Origin: Welwitschia mirabilis | Taxonomy: Eukaryota | Assembly: GCA_051453625.1 (NCBI GenBank) | Contig: JBOZIK010000001.1 | Coordinates: 49,282,592-49,346,031 of the forward strand | Length of the DNA: 63,440 nt | Reading direction: 5' to 3' | Shown here: one piece after another, positions 13,829 through 25,480 of the stretch | How the letters are laid out: each line of letters opens with the position of its first letter | Position numbering within the stretch: the stretch's first letter is position 1 | The notes under the pieces: model-generated | What the model saw: the letters and a program-made list of their open reading frames with translations, nothing else | What the model was told of the DNA's origin: nothing | Database searches by the model: none | Translations under genes and position numbers: made by a program

Positions 13829-15605
13829 ATGAATAGTGATAAAAGAACCTTTCAAGAAATTTTTACAGAAAGGAGGAGAAACTTAAAAATTTATGAAGAA
13901 AATGATAAAAGAATACTTTGAGAAATTTCTACAGAAAGATGGCAAACAATAAAAAATGATGTTGAGACTAGGAATTGGGTCCCTTCCTCTTTTTAACCTT
14001 CTTATTTTTCCTCTCTTCTTTTTAAAATTCATGTAGAAATGACAACAAAGATTTTTAATACTTTAGGAATTCTATCTTATTTAAAGAAACATCCTACAAT
14101 CATTTTAGCAAACCCTAGCCATCTTTAATGAATTACTATGAAGAAGAACCATCTTCCATGAATTACAATAAAGAAGAAGAAGATTTGCTTCATGAGTCAA
14201 TTGAAAAAATAAAGAATATGCAAGATATATCAATAAAAATCTAGAAAATCAAAACAAAAACATTAAACATCTAATTAGGATCCTTCAATGAACTATGTTA
14301 CAAAGTCAACTATCTTAATGTTATTTTATAACACAACATTCTCAAACCTATCTTACTCATTCTACTACATTTCACTTTGATAAAAATGAGAAGAACTTAG
14401 GAATAAGTGGCAAAGATGAGATTTTTGACCAAACAACATCCCACTTATTAGGAGATGGAAAAAAGAAGGATAATGATGACTTAGCTCAATTTTTCAATCA
14501 TAAGGACAAGGATCTTTATTCATCAAAGGATGATATTAAGATACTAGATTATATCTTTGAAATCTATTTACTACTAGAAAATCCAAATGGAATAGAGAAA
14601 TCATTCCATAAATAAATTAAAAATTTTTTAATTCATGATGAAGATAATGATCGTATTTCTCTTTATGTTCTTTTTGATGAATCTAATAATTTGGAGAATA
14701 ATAACTTATAACAATGTAATGAAGAAAATAAGGATAAGAAAGAAGATGATAAGCACATTTCTCTTTATGATCTCTTTGATAAATCTAATAACTTGAATAT
14801 TTAGAGTAATACTCAATAAGAGAAGGAAGATATAGTAAAATATAATGATGAAGGAAGTGAAGAAAACATTCAACAAAGTAATGATAAAGACAATAATTAA
14901 TAAAACAAACATAATAAAGGACCCATGAAGATTCAATTAAACTTAATAGAGGATAGACTTGTTCATTCTAATGCAACAAATTAACCTAAAGATTCTACCC
15001 ATGTTTCTCCATCCTTTCCACTTATACTTTAATGTAAAACTCCAAATAACATCCTTTCTTATAATTCTAGTTCCACATTATCTGGTGATCTTAATAATGC
15101 TGACATTTCTTCGTCTTTTCAATTTGAACATTCATGTAATTCTCAAAGTCACATTCCTTTCCTTGACTTTAAAGAAACTCTTAATTTTAAACAATTTATT
15201 CTTAATATCTCTTAATCTCTTCCTCTTAAAACTATATGCAATACTCAAAGTAACATCTTTCCCTTTCCTAACATGTCCACTTTATCTTGTGCCTTTAATA
15301 ATTACTCTTTTCAAAAGTATGATTTGGGATATTTTGAAATTATAAATTGGGGAAAGCCTTACCTCCTTAATCAAAATCCATATCTTTAGTTAGATGTTAG
15401 AAAGCCTCTTAATTTCATTAAACATTTTAAAAATCCTTTAAAACCATCTTGGATCCATTCTTTGATTGATGGCTTGAATCAATTATTTAATGATAATCAT
15501 GATTTACATCCATTCAATAAGAGATTATTTATCACATCTCTTATTTTGATTCTAAGATTTGTGCTATCAAGGTTTTATTCTTTTGCTCTCTTTACCTTAA
15601 ATTGA
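13829..15605 (+). pseudogene. Degenerate long ORF of unknown function in non-autonomous element A (gag-derived segment, acidic repeats, S/P/N-rich part, hydrophobic tail)
   Basis: One frame reads from ~14330 to 15605 with only scattered TAA/TAG stops explainable as CAA/CAG decay. 14230-14330 resembles the gag C-terminal part of element D (~10270). The C-terminal part recurs in frame in copy A2 (~21660-21983, minus). Confidence 0.62.
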
Positions 15606-15883
15606 TTTTACTCAAAAATGATTTTATAATCTTATGTTTTATTAATTAGTTTTTATTTTCTTTGGTCCTTTTTTTTTTTTTTTTTTGCAAATTTACAATT
15701 CCTAGGACCACAACCCTAGAAAAAATAAAGATTTCTTTTTATTTTAAATAAAGTGTTAGACTCAAATAAAACTTGTTTTCCTAACACTTTATGCTTGCTT
15801 TAATATTTCCTTCTTATTCTACATTGATATATTTTTTTCTTGATTTTTATTTTTATGTGCCATCCATTAAGTTTACACAACAA

Positions 15884-16110
15884 GTTAACCTATAAATAGT
15901 TAGGTCCTTATCTTTTAAAAAAGTACATTATAATGGCTCAATTAAAATTTTTGATCCAAACACTAGGGAAAGTTAGAAAGTTAAGAGACAAAGGTTAAAA
16001 CTCTATAAGACATCTATTGATCAAACTTTAATCATGATAGAAGCACTTATCTTAGAAGCCCCTCTTAATGAGGAGGACTTCCCTTATGCCATTATCGAAT
16101 TTCTTCCTTA
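15884..16110 (+). pseudogene. Isolated integrase C-terminal tip (GPY/F region) retained in element A
   Basis: KLTYK*LGPYLLKKVHYNGSIKIFDPNTRES*KVKRQRLKLY. Homologous to the integrase end of element C at ~34050-34270 (minus). Confidence 0.75.
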
Positions 16111-17651
16111 GCTAATTACTTTGATAGAAGTCATCCTATCACTTTAACATCTTTAAATTGACTTATGTATTACTTTGTAAAGTTGCTATGACTATTAATG
16201 TTTTACTTAGGCATTTTAAAGTAATAAGATTACTTCACCGAATCTTAAGACATTCGTATATTTATGAAATTAACGTGAAAGGAAGATGTCTTAGCTCTTT
16301 TTTTCTCTCTCAATTGTATGATTATTTAGTTTTTTAGGTATGTTCTTCCCTATTTATCATTTCATTGCTTCACTCTCATCCTTAAGAGTACTTATTCATG
16401 TGGGATTTATTTTAGAGAAAAGAAAGAAAAGAAATAAATAATGATCATGATCTTTTGTATCTAAGCTAAAAACATGGTTACCATGATTTCCTATCACACT
16501 AGGCTAAATTTTCCGAAGAGGAACATTTTAGTAATGTTGATAGCTATGGGAACTTTACTATAGGATTAGTTGTCCATGTTCAATGAGTCCTTATTTCTTT
16601 GATAGTGGGTGCACTCTCCTCATAATGGAAATAATTCACTTAAAGGATATAGGGTCAATTATTTTTCTGGTATCATCAAAGACATTCCTTGATTCCTAGA
16701 CTTATTGTACATACGATACCCCCACATGATAATTTTACTTTTTAGGATTCTAAAGTATTTTGGAATGTGATCAGATGAGTTAATTTTTGAGCAACTTTTA
16801 ATCTTATCATTTATTGATTAAAAACATTAGATATTCTTAGCATCATCATAATTACCTATTCTAGTAGTACATTATGAAGTTTTTATATCATGTCATTCAT
16901 CATTAATTAAGTAATTTTACAATTTCTATCATGGAACTTTTCTAGGTTAGACTTTAGGATAGGTAAATAATTTTCTTCATGTCCCTAGTTGTCTGTTTTG
17001 AATTTTTATTTTCCTTAGTAATCTTGTTTGGTATTTTAGAGCTATTTTAATACTTGTTCATCACAATATTTAGGACTTGATCATTCAGTAGGTTTCTTAT
17101 TGTTGTTTTATTTTTATTTGCATTTTTTAATTCATAAGGGTTGATCTTATTTTAGCACTTTTGACAGATGATGTTTCTTTCATTCATGATGATACTTTTT
17201 TCATTTTTTTTTTGACTTTTTACACCTCACTTTCTACTCTTATATAATTTCAAGTTCAGGAACACTTGAGGATTTTCCTTAGCATTGTTTCACTTTACTT
17301 GATGCATTATCATTACCATATCCTATAGCCCTTTTCTCTTTCCTTGAGTTCTTTCCATTTTCATCTCCTTTACCATGATCCTTTTGATGATGATTCTTAC
17401 CTTTTTCTCAAAATTCTTGATAACTTTTTCAAGTCTTATTATTTCTATTATTGACTATTAATTCTACCTAGACCATACTATTTTTCCAAATCTTTCTTTT
17501 CTGATTATCATCATATGTATGTCATTTAGATAATGATTCAGATAACATAAGATTCTTCTTATTTTATTGTAACACAAGACATATTGATTCATTTATGAAG
17601 GTAAGGATGAATTTATGTGATATTTCTAAGTAAAAATTTTATTTATGAGGT

Positions 17652-20600
17652 TGTTGTAGTGTATATGTATACAAGCATTATGTTCTTTATCAAATCCTAT
17701 CAATAATAAATATATTGCAAAACATGCATACTAGTATAGATGGGAGTGAACTTGAATACCATAATCTATTAAAAGCACTAGGCTTAAAGCTCAAGAACTA
17801 ATTTAGGTGATGTATTCTTGGTATTTTTCTTTTTATAGTTTTTAAATAAAAAGTGTAATGAAAGAAAATGAATATACTATGCAAATTCAAACTCCTCTAC
17901 ATGCAATATCTATCTAACTAGCAAATATCTATCACCAAGATCAGTCCTATATAATCTAGATTAATTAAGAAAATCATAACTAACACTAACCAATCTAAGA
18001 TATCAAGTACGTTGAACAAAATATGGAAAACATGCACTGATTAAGCTATGAAATATAAAATGTAATATTATACAAATCCTAAACTAATGATTTCAATCTT
18101 AATAAAGGTGTTCCTTAATGAACTATATCTGTTATAAAATTGTTATGAAATCATAAACAACATAAACCATAAGGGACATATATATGAATATATAAAACTA
18201 AAAGAAGATTTTCATTAAATTCAAACCAACATTCTGTTATAAAGCAATATCACCTCGATGAAGGAGACATAGTCTAATACCAAGGAAGACCTTGATTTAA
18301 AACTAATGGATAGACCTCCTATCCTTTAATCTTCTGTCATGAGAATTTACAATGCAAAGAAGATAAATTTAGAGTGAGGGTGAAGGAATTATTTATTTAC
18401 AATAACAGACTTATAAATAGCAAATATAATAGATGTAATTAAAATACTAATGAAGTATGGGAGGTGCATGAAATATTACACAAGTTTGGTGAAGTTTGAT
18501 GCATTGATTAGAATTAGGTATCATTCTGTATGTCATCTAGATGATGGTGCAAATGATGTCATGTCAAGAGAAGTTCATATTATTTTGCATCTTTGGTCTA
18601 GTCAGTGTCTTTATTAGCATTCACATGTTATCATCTAGTAATGTCATCTACATGATAGAGGAGATGATGGTTTTCTTGAAGATATTTAATCAGATGAATT
18701 TTATTTTTAAAATATTAATTTCTCACTAAAGTGTAAAGCATCAAAATAATCCAAAATACCTCCAAATGTATTAGTAATTGTGCATTTTTGTGATTTTCTT
18801 CTTGACTCTCAATTATAATTATTTTCCACTTAAATATGTCTGAATGTCTTGTAAAAGTACTTAAAATACCCCATTAAAAACATACAATTTGGTATTACAA
18901 CATATCCCCTTACTTAACCTTGTTAATACCTAACAAATTTGGTGAAGAACTATAATTGTGAGTCAAATTAACAAAGATAAATACTAACTAGGAAAATGTA
19001 AATAAAGTTCAAAAATATCATTATGTAAGATTAAATCTATAAAATAAACTAGATTTTTTACTCAGTAAATAATTTGACCATGTTGTTATCTGATATGTTG
19101 TTTGAATGATTGTGAGGATGATAGCCTCTTAAAAATCTATCTGTAAAATTAAATTATGAAAACTATACTCATCAAAAAACAAGATCAAGATGCTTACGCA
19201 TAAGTTAGCCCTCCACTTGAAAATTTTAGCACATAAAAAAGATAGAAATTGAATGTTATAACAAAGAGAATTATCATAAGATATAACCATAGTAAATGAT
19301 GAGCATGTATAATTAGAAAAATTAATAACTCCAAAGATGATAATCATAGATCAAACATTGAGTTTTTAAGCATAATCTACAAGGAAAAATAATCAAAAAT
19401 AAATAATGATATTTTTATTTCCCTCATTCATAGTCTCATAAATTGCTTGGATTGCCCCTATAAGAAAAATAAACTACAAGTATTCTATTGTTAAGTACAT
19501 GATTTTACTAATTAATATCCATAATACATGTTATTTAAATAATAGGTGATTAAAATCGAACAAGTACATTATGGATACATCTCATGAAAATGTAAAAATG
19601 ACCATAAAAGATTTAAAATTTTTGCTCAAAATATCTCAAAATGTATGTCCTTCCTCCCCTTACAGATGAATCAATATCTCTTATATTGCATTAACATAAG
19701 ATGAAAAAGATCAGTAAGCAAAATATGTGGTTAAGAAAGCAATATTATTTACATTAAAGAAGGGTCAAAATATAATTGGAAAAAGATGAAAGATAAAAAG
19801 TTAATAATCAAAAAATATATATGCGTCTTCTTGTTTGATCATCTCGATGACATGATGAATGACAGGGGCTTTTAAAAGGTCAATAGAAATTAAAGTATTA
19901 GTAGAATAAATTAACTTAGAGGAAATGATTAAGAATCATAATGAATAAAGGATGATAAAGGAGGTAAATGCACCTGGCTAAGGATGATTATGAAATGTGT
20001 CATGAACTCACAATTATTAGATGTGTTAAACTAAAAAAGAAATTAAAGAACTAACTCAAAAATAAGTCAAAGGAATAGATGAAAAAAATTAGCATCATAA
20101 ACTAAGAAAACATTATTTTCTTAAAATAAAATTAACTTCTATAACTAAAACTATAAAATAAAAATAAATAATAAAACTACTAAATGACCAAGTCCTATGT
20201 ATTTACGATAAAAAAGTATGAAAATGACTTTGAAATTCCAAAGAAAATAACTAAGAAAAATGAAATAGAAATAAACAACTAGAAACATGAAGAATATTGT
20301 GTACTTACCTTAAATTCCAACTTAGTAAACTACCATACAAGAAATCATAAAATCACCTAATTAATGATGCATAACATAATGCAAAAACTTTATAAAGTAC
20401 CACTTAAATAGTCAATGATTATAATGGTGCCAAGTAACTAATGTTTTTAAATAATGAATGATAAGATCAAAAGCTACTTAAAAATGTACTCACCTACTCA
20501 CATCCTAAAACACATCTAAATCTACAAGAACATTATATAGAGAGGTGGGCCCATCATATCAATGCCGCCGGGTGGACTAGATTGTGGAGACTTGAAATAA

Positions 20601-21983
20601 AATGATTATGTGAAAATATTATAAGCTCAATGACTCTAGAAACAAACAATGCCTTTGATGATACTAAGAACATCATTGATCTTGTAGCTTAAAAGTATTT
20701 ATTATTATTTAAGAGAAGTGCAACCATAGTCAAAGAAGTAAAGCATGGATAAATAACCCCACAGTGGAGTTTCTATAGCTACTACCACTATAAAAGCTCC
20801 CTCTTAGAAAAAATTACCCTAGTGTGGTAGGACATTATGGTGACCATGTATTTAGCATGGAAAAAATCGATCATGGTCATTATTATTCTCTTTTTTTTCA
20901 CTTTTTTATATACTTCTTCAAAATAAATCCTACATGACCATATACTCTTAAAGACAAAGGTGGAAAAATGAGATGAAAGATAAGAAAGAACAACCCCAAA
21001 TAACCAAAGACTTACATCATTAAGAGAAAACAAAAAAACTGAAACATTTTCCTTCAAAATGAAGTTCATAAATGTTTGAATGTCATAATATCACATGAAT
21101 TTAATCTTATCACTTTGAAATTCCCAAGTAAAAATTACTAGTTATGGTAACTTTATAAAGTAAAACATAAGTTAAGTTTTAAAGATATTTAAGTGATCTC
21201 ATGACATCCACCAAAATAATTGGCTAAGAAAGAAATTAGATAATGATTGGAGGACTTCTAAAACAATTACTTATATCATGTTCAAGGTTTAATAACTTAA
21301 GGATTTTTAACCTTTGTCCATTTTTTTGAATGTTCTTAGTATTCAAATTAGAAATCTCAACTAAGCCATTAAAAATGTATTTTCTATAAAAGACAAAAAT
21401 CTAAACATATAGAGGCTAACTTGATAAGTAAAATAAAAATGAAGACTAAGGACAAAAACATAACAACATAAAATTAAAAATAATTTTTAAAGCAAACTAA
21501 AAATAAGATTTTTTTAGATCCTAAATTCTATCTAATACTTTATTAAAAAGAAAAAAAAGAAAAATAAACATTTATTTCATAAATCTATGATCCTAGAATA
21601 TTGCATTATCTCGAAAAACAAAGACTAAATCAAATATTCACCAATTGATAAAACATAAAAGGTATATAATCATTTTTTAGTTAAATCAATTAGAGGTAAA
21701 TACAATAAAAGGATAAAACTTTAATACCATAAATTTAAAAATTTAAATTAGAAATGAAGAAGTGATAAATCATTATAAAATAATCTCTTATTCAAATGAT
21801 GTAAATCATTATTATATAATGCATGTAAGGAAGTACTCGAAGAAAAGTTCTAAGAAGTGTTTAAAGACTCTTTAGAATGTTTAAGAAGCTTTCTATCATG
21901 CAACTTAAGATATGAATTTTCATTAAAGAGGTAAGGATTTTTCCAATTAACATGATCAAATGACATTTTGTCTCTATAAGATT
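17652..21983 (-). mobile_element. Family-A copy A2 in inverted orientation: 3' LTR (17652-18902), PPT and internal region, truncated by gap
   Basis: LTR termini tgttgta...tacaaca. tatccccttacttaacc (PPT, reverse) at 18903. Internal region is the reverse-complement homologue of 15330-17650 and 52002-53300. Confidence 0.82.
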
Positions 21984-22084
21984 TNNNNNNNNNNNNNNNN
22001 NNNNNNNNNNNNNNNNNNNNNNNNNNNNNNNNNNNNNNNNNNNNNNNNNNNNNNNNNNNNNNNNNNNNNNNNNNNNNNNNNNNN

Positions 22085-22619
22085 TCCTTGCTTCTTTAAC
22101 AGTGGTTACACTCCCCTCATCATAGAAATAATTATCATTTAGAGGCTACTAGATCAGTTATTTTACTAATGTTATCATAGGCATTGCTTATTTCTTAGAC
22201 TCATTGAGTATATAGTATTCCCACATGATCATTTTACATTTTTGAATTTTGGAATTATTTTGAAATATAAGTAGATGAAGTCCATTTCTGAGCAGTTTTT
22301 GATCTTATCACTTATTGATTAAAAAAATAAGTTTACTTGGCATTCTCATAATCACTGCCTATTTAAGTGATATTTTATGAAGTATTTACATTATTTCATG
22401 CACCATTAATCAAGTGATTTTACAATTTTTACCAAGAAACTTTGCAAGATTTGAATTTAGGTAGGTATACTATCTTCTTCATTTTTTTAGTTGTCTATTT
22501 GCATTTTGATTCCTTAGTTATTTTACTTAGTATTTCAAAGTCATTTATCTACTTTTTCCTCACCATACTTAGGACTTTATCATTTAGTAGTTTTCTTATT
22601 AATTTTTCCTTTTTCTCAC
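22085..22619 (+). mobile_element. Family-A internal region, left part of the target of element B
   Basis: Homologous to 16590-17120. Continues at 52002 after removing B. Confidence 0.78.
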
Positions 22620-23572
22620 TAATGAGGATAAAATTTGATGTAAATCTTACTTATGAATGAAGTATTTCCCTTACTTAATTATGCATTTTAAATAACAATA
22701 GATGTTTTTCTTTATCAGTATACTTATTAACAATAGATTAGTTAGTTAGTATGTTAGTAGATTAGTATGTATATTTTATTATTGCATTTCACATATAGGA
22801 TGCCATCTGACATGAAGATGATAGAGAAAGTTGAGATGGTGGAAAAGCAATAAAAACTCCAATAATATACCTATTCTTAAGAACAAAGAATAGAAACAAA
22901 AAAACAAACAAGGGTATAAGAATGGGATCATCACCAAAGGTGGGGATCTTTTTGAAAAAATGTTCTAGGAATAGATTGAGTACAAAGGTTAAGGAAGGAA
23001 GCTCTAGCTATCCTAAAAAAGGGGCAACATCATTTCTCATACTTCAAATGTTACCTACAAAGGATAACATAAGCCTTAGAACATCTTTATGTAATAATTT
23101 ATTTTTAATATAAAGCTAAAAATCATATTTGAATATTATTATGTGCATGTTATATTACTTAAAAAATTAATATTATTTCTATTTATTCCTATTTGTATAG
23201 CTTAACATAAATCAAGATCATTAACAGTACTTATAAATAAGTATTATCTAGAATCTCATCTAATTTCTAGCATGTTTTACTATTTTATTTATTTATCCCT
23301 AATATAATATATGTATGTAATAACTTAGCAGTAATAAACCAATCTAACTAGTTCAAGTAACTTCATCATAAGACTATTGATTATGCATTTTAAACTAAAT
23401 AGTTGAATGTCAACTAGTTCTTTAGTAAGCCTATGGCTATTTTTATTTAATGGTGTGAGCTTATCTTGGATTAAGAATAGCATATATTCTACATTTTTCA
23501 GTATTATTTTATATTATTTAATATTATTTTGTAATGTTTTCTATAATTATTTTACCACATAAGCATCCATCA
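22620..23572 (+). mobile_element. 5' LTR of element B
   Basis: Colinear with 51055-52001. Followed by PBS tggtgccaggaggaggat at 23576. Confidence 0.88.
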
Positions 23573-23629
23573 TTTTGGTGCCAGGAGGAGGATCCCTCTA
23601 AAGTCAACTAGTGCAGATGATAAAAATTA

Positions 23630-25480
23630 TGATCCAATAAGATAGCTAAGGAAAATGATAGGATGAAAGAGGCAAGTATGCCAAAGACCCACATAAATAT
23701 GATCTGGATGAGTATACTAGAAATAATTTTAAAATAGAAGTAGAAGAAGAAGATTTCATGGAGGATGAAGTCATCCTTAGAAAGGTGGTAAACGAATAAA
23801 TCTTTCTTGAATTTATGAATGAATTTTAGCATTGAGTGTGTAACATTGATTCATTACCTTACTTACCAAAGAAATCTTCTTATATAGTTTAGATAAACAA
23901 GCCTAAAAAGAAAGTTGTAATAGGATGTTATTGGGAAGATGATGGAGATTCAAGATCATTAAATCATGATACCATTGGCTAGAATATTTAAGTTCTATTA
24001 ATCCTATAGCCTAACAGCAACTAGATAAAGCAAGAAATACAAATACTATAATGATACCCACTTTTAAAGGTAAAAGTCAAAAGAACCCCTATCATATCTA
24101 AGCTTGTTTAATGCCTTTTGTAAAGCTAATTATCTTGACTCAGAATCTGACTTTCTGAGATATTTCGCTTTTTTTTAAAAGAAGACATTCAACTATGGTA
24201 TGATAGAAATCCTAATCATTCTTTTAATCCATGGGGAATGCTTAAAAATGCTTTCCTAGCCAAATTTCAATCCATAAGGATGGTTGAATATCAAAGGAAA
24301 CATTTATTGAACATTAAACAAAGAATAATGCATGATTTAATGAATTCATAGATAGGTATAACATATTATTGGCTAAATGTCCTAGTCATGGAATTACATC
24401 TAAGGAATAAGTCAGAGCATTACTTAAAGAACTACAGAGTTAAAGATTAAAAGATTTAGATTTTTTTATGTATAGGAAGCATCAAGACAAAGAATTCTTA
24501 AGAAATGAGAGAAACCATAAGTCATCTTTATAACATAAGTTAAGAATAGATATAGGAAAATAAAAAGAAGAAAAAAATAAATGAAGTATGCATCCCAGAA
24601 GTAGATGGTAGTGTATATAGCTTAAAATACATTAGTCTTATGGAAGAAGTAGCTAAAAAAGTGACTTATAGTAGGGTAGAAAATTTTGATCCGTTAGTTG
24701 TATAACACTTAAGGAAAAAGGACCTACATGTAAACTTTGTGGGGAATATAATCATGATAGAACAAAATGTTTTTAGATGCAAGAATTTGTGTAATGATTT
24801 GATATTAATATATTAGATTTAAATTCTAAAAAGCAACCTCAAACTAGAAAGAAATCATATTTTTACCAAAGTAGAAAATGGGAAGGTAAAATAGAAATGC
24901 ATTTACAAAGGTATGTAAACTCAAAAAGATAAGAACAATATGATTATTATAGAAATTGGAAAAATAGAGATCCAAAAGATAAAGACAAAAATTACAAATA
25001 GAGAAAAAAGAAGGAAAAATTACTACTCAACCTTAACTAAATACTAAAAGACCAAAAAATAAGGTAGTAACTACTAGATATTAGAAATAAAAAGTGACAT
25101 ATGAATCATAGAGAAATAATATCAATTCAATCAAGCCCTTAAATAATAAAGAGAAAGAGACTAAAAGAAAAATAATGGATGATGCCTTAGCATATTATTT
25201 ACATTTTTCAATGAGAAGTAAACAAACAAAACATCAAAAAGTTAAAAAGAATAGAATATTTAATAAGGATATTATAAGACATGAAAATATCATTACCTCT
25301 TTTAAATTTATTAAAAGACATGTCTATGTACTAAAACTAAATGAAGAGTATGTATTCAAAACAAAAGAGCACAAAGAAAGAAAGAAGAAGAAACAAATTA
25401 AAATGATAATAAAGGATCAAGTTTCTTGGGCTTCTATGCAAGTTCTTCAAAATAACAACATAAAAAGTATACTAATCTTG
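23630..25480 (+). pseudogene. Element B gag with CCHC zinc knuckle (degenerate)
   Basis: IPTFKGKSQ.NP, W...KNAFLAKF, LLAKCPSHGI. CKLCGEYNHDRTKC at ~24729-24770. Confidence 0.8.

Noticed and set aside
14959..15345. 128-aa hydrophobic ORF in the track
   Set aside because: Shadow frame caused by T-rich codon bias. The better-supported frame is the overlapping one conserved in copy A2.
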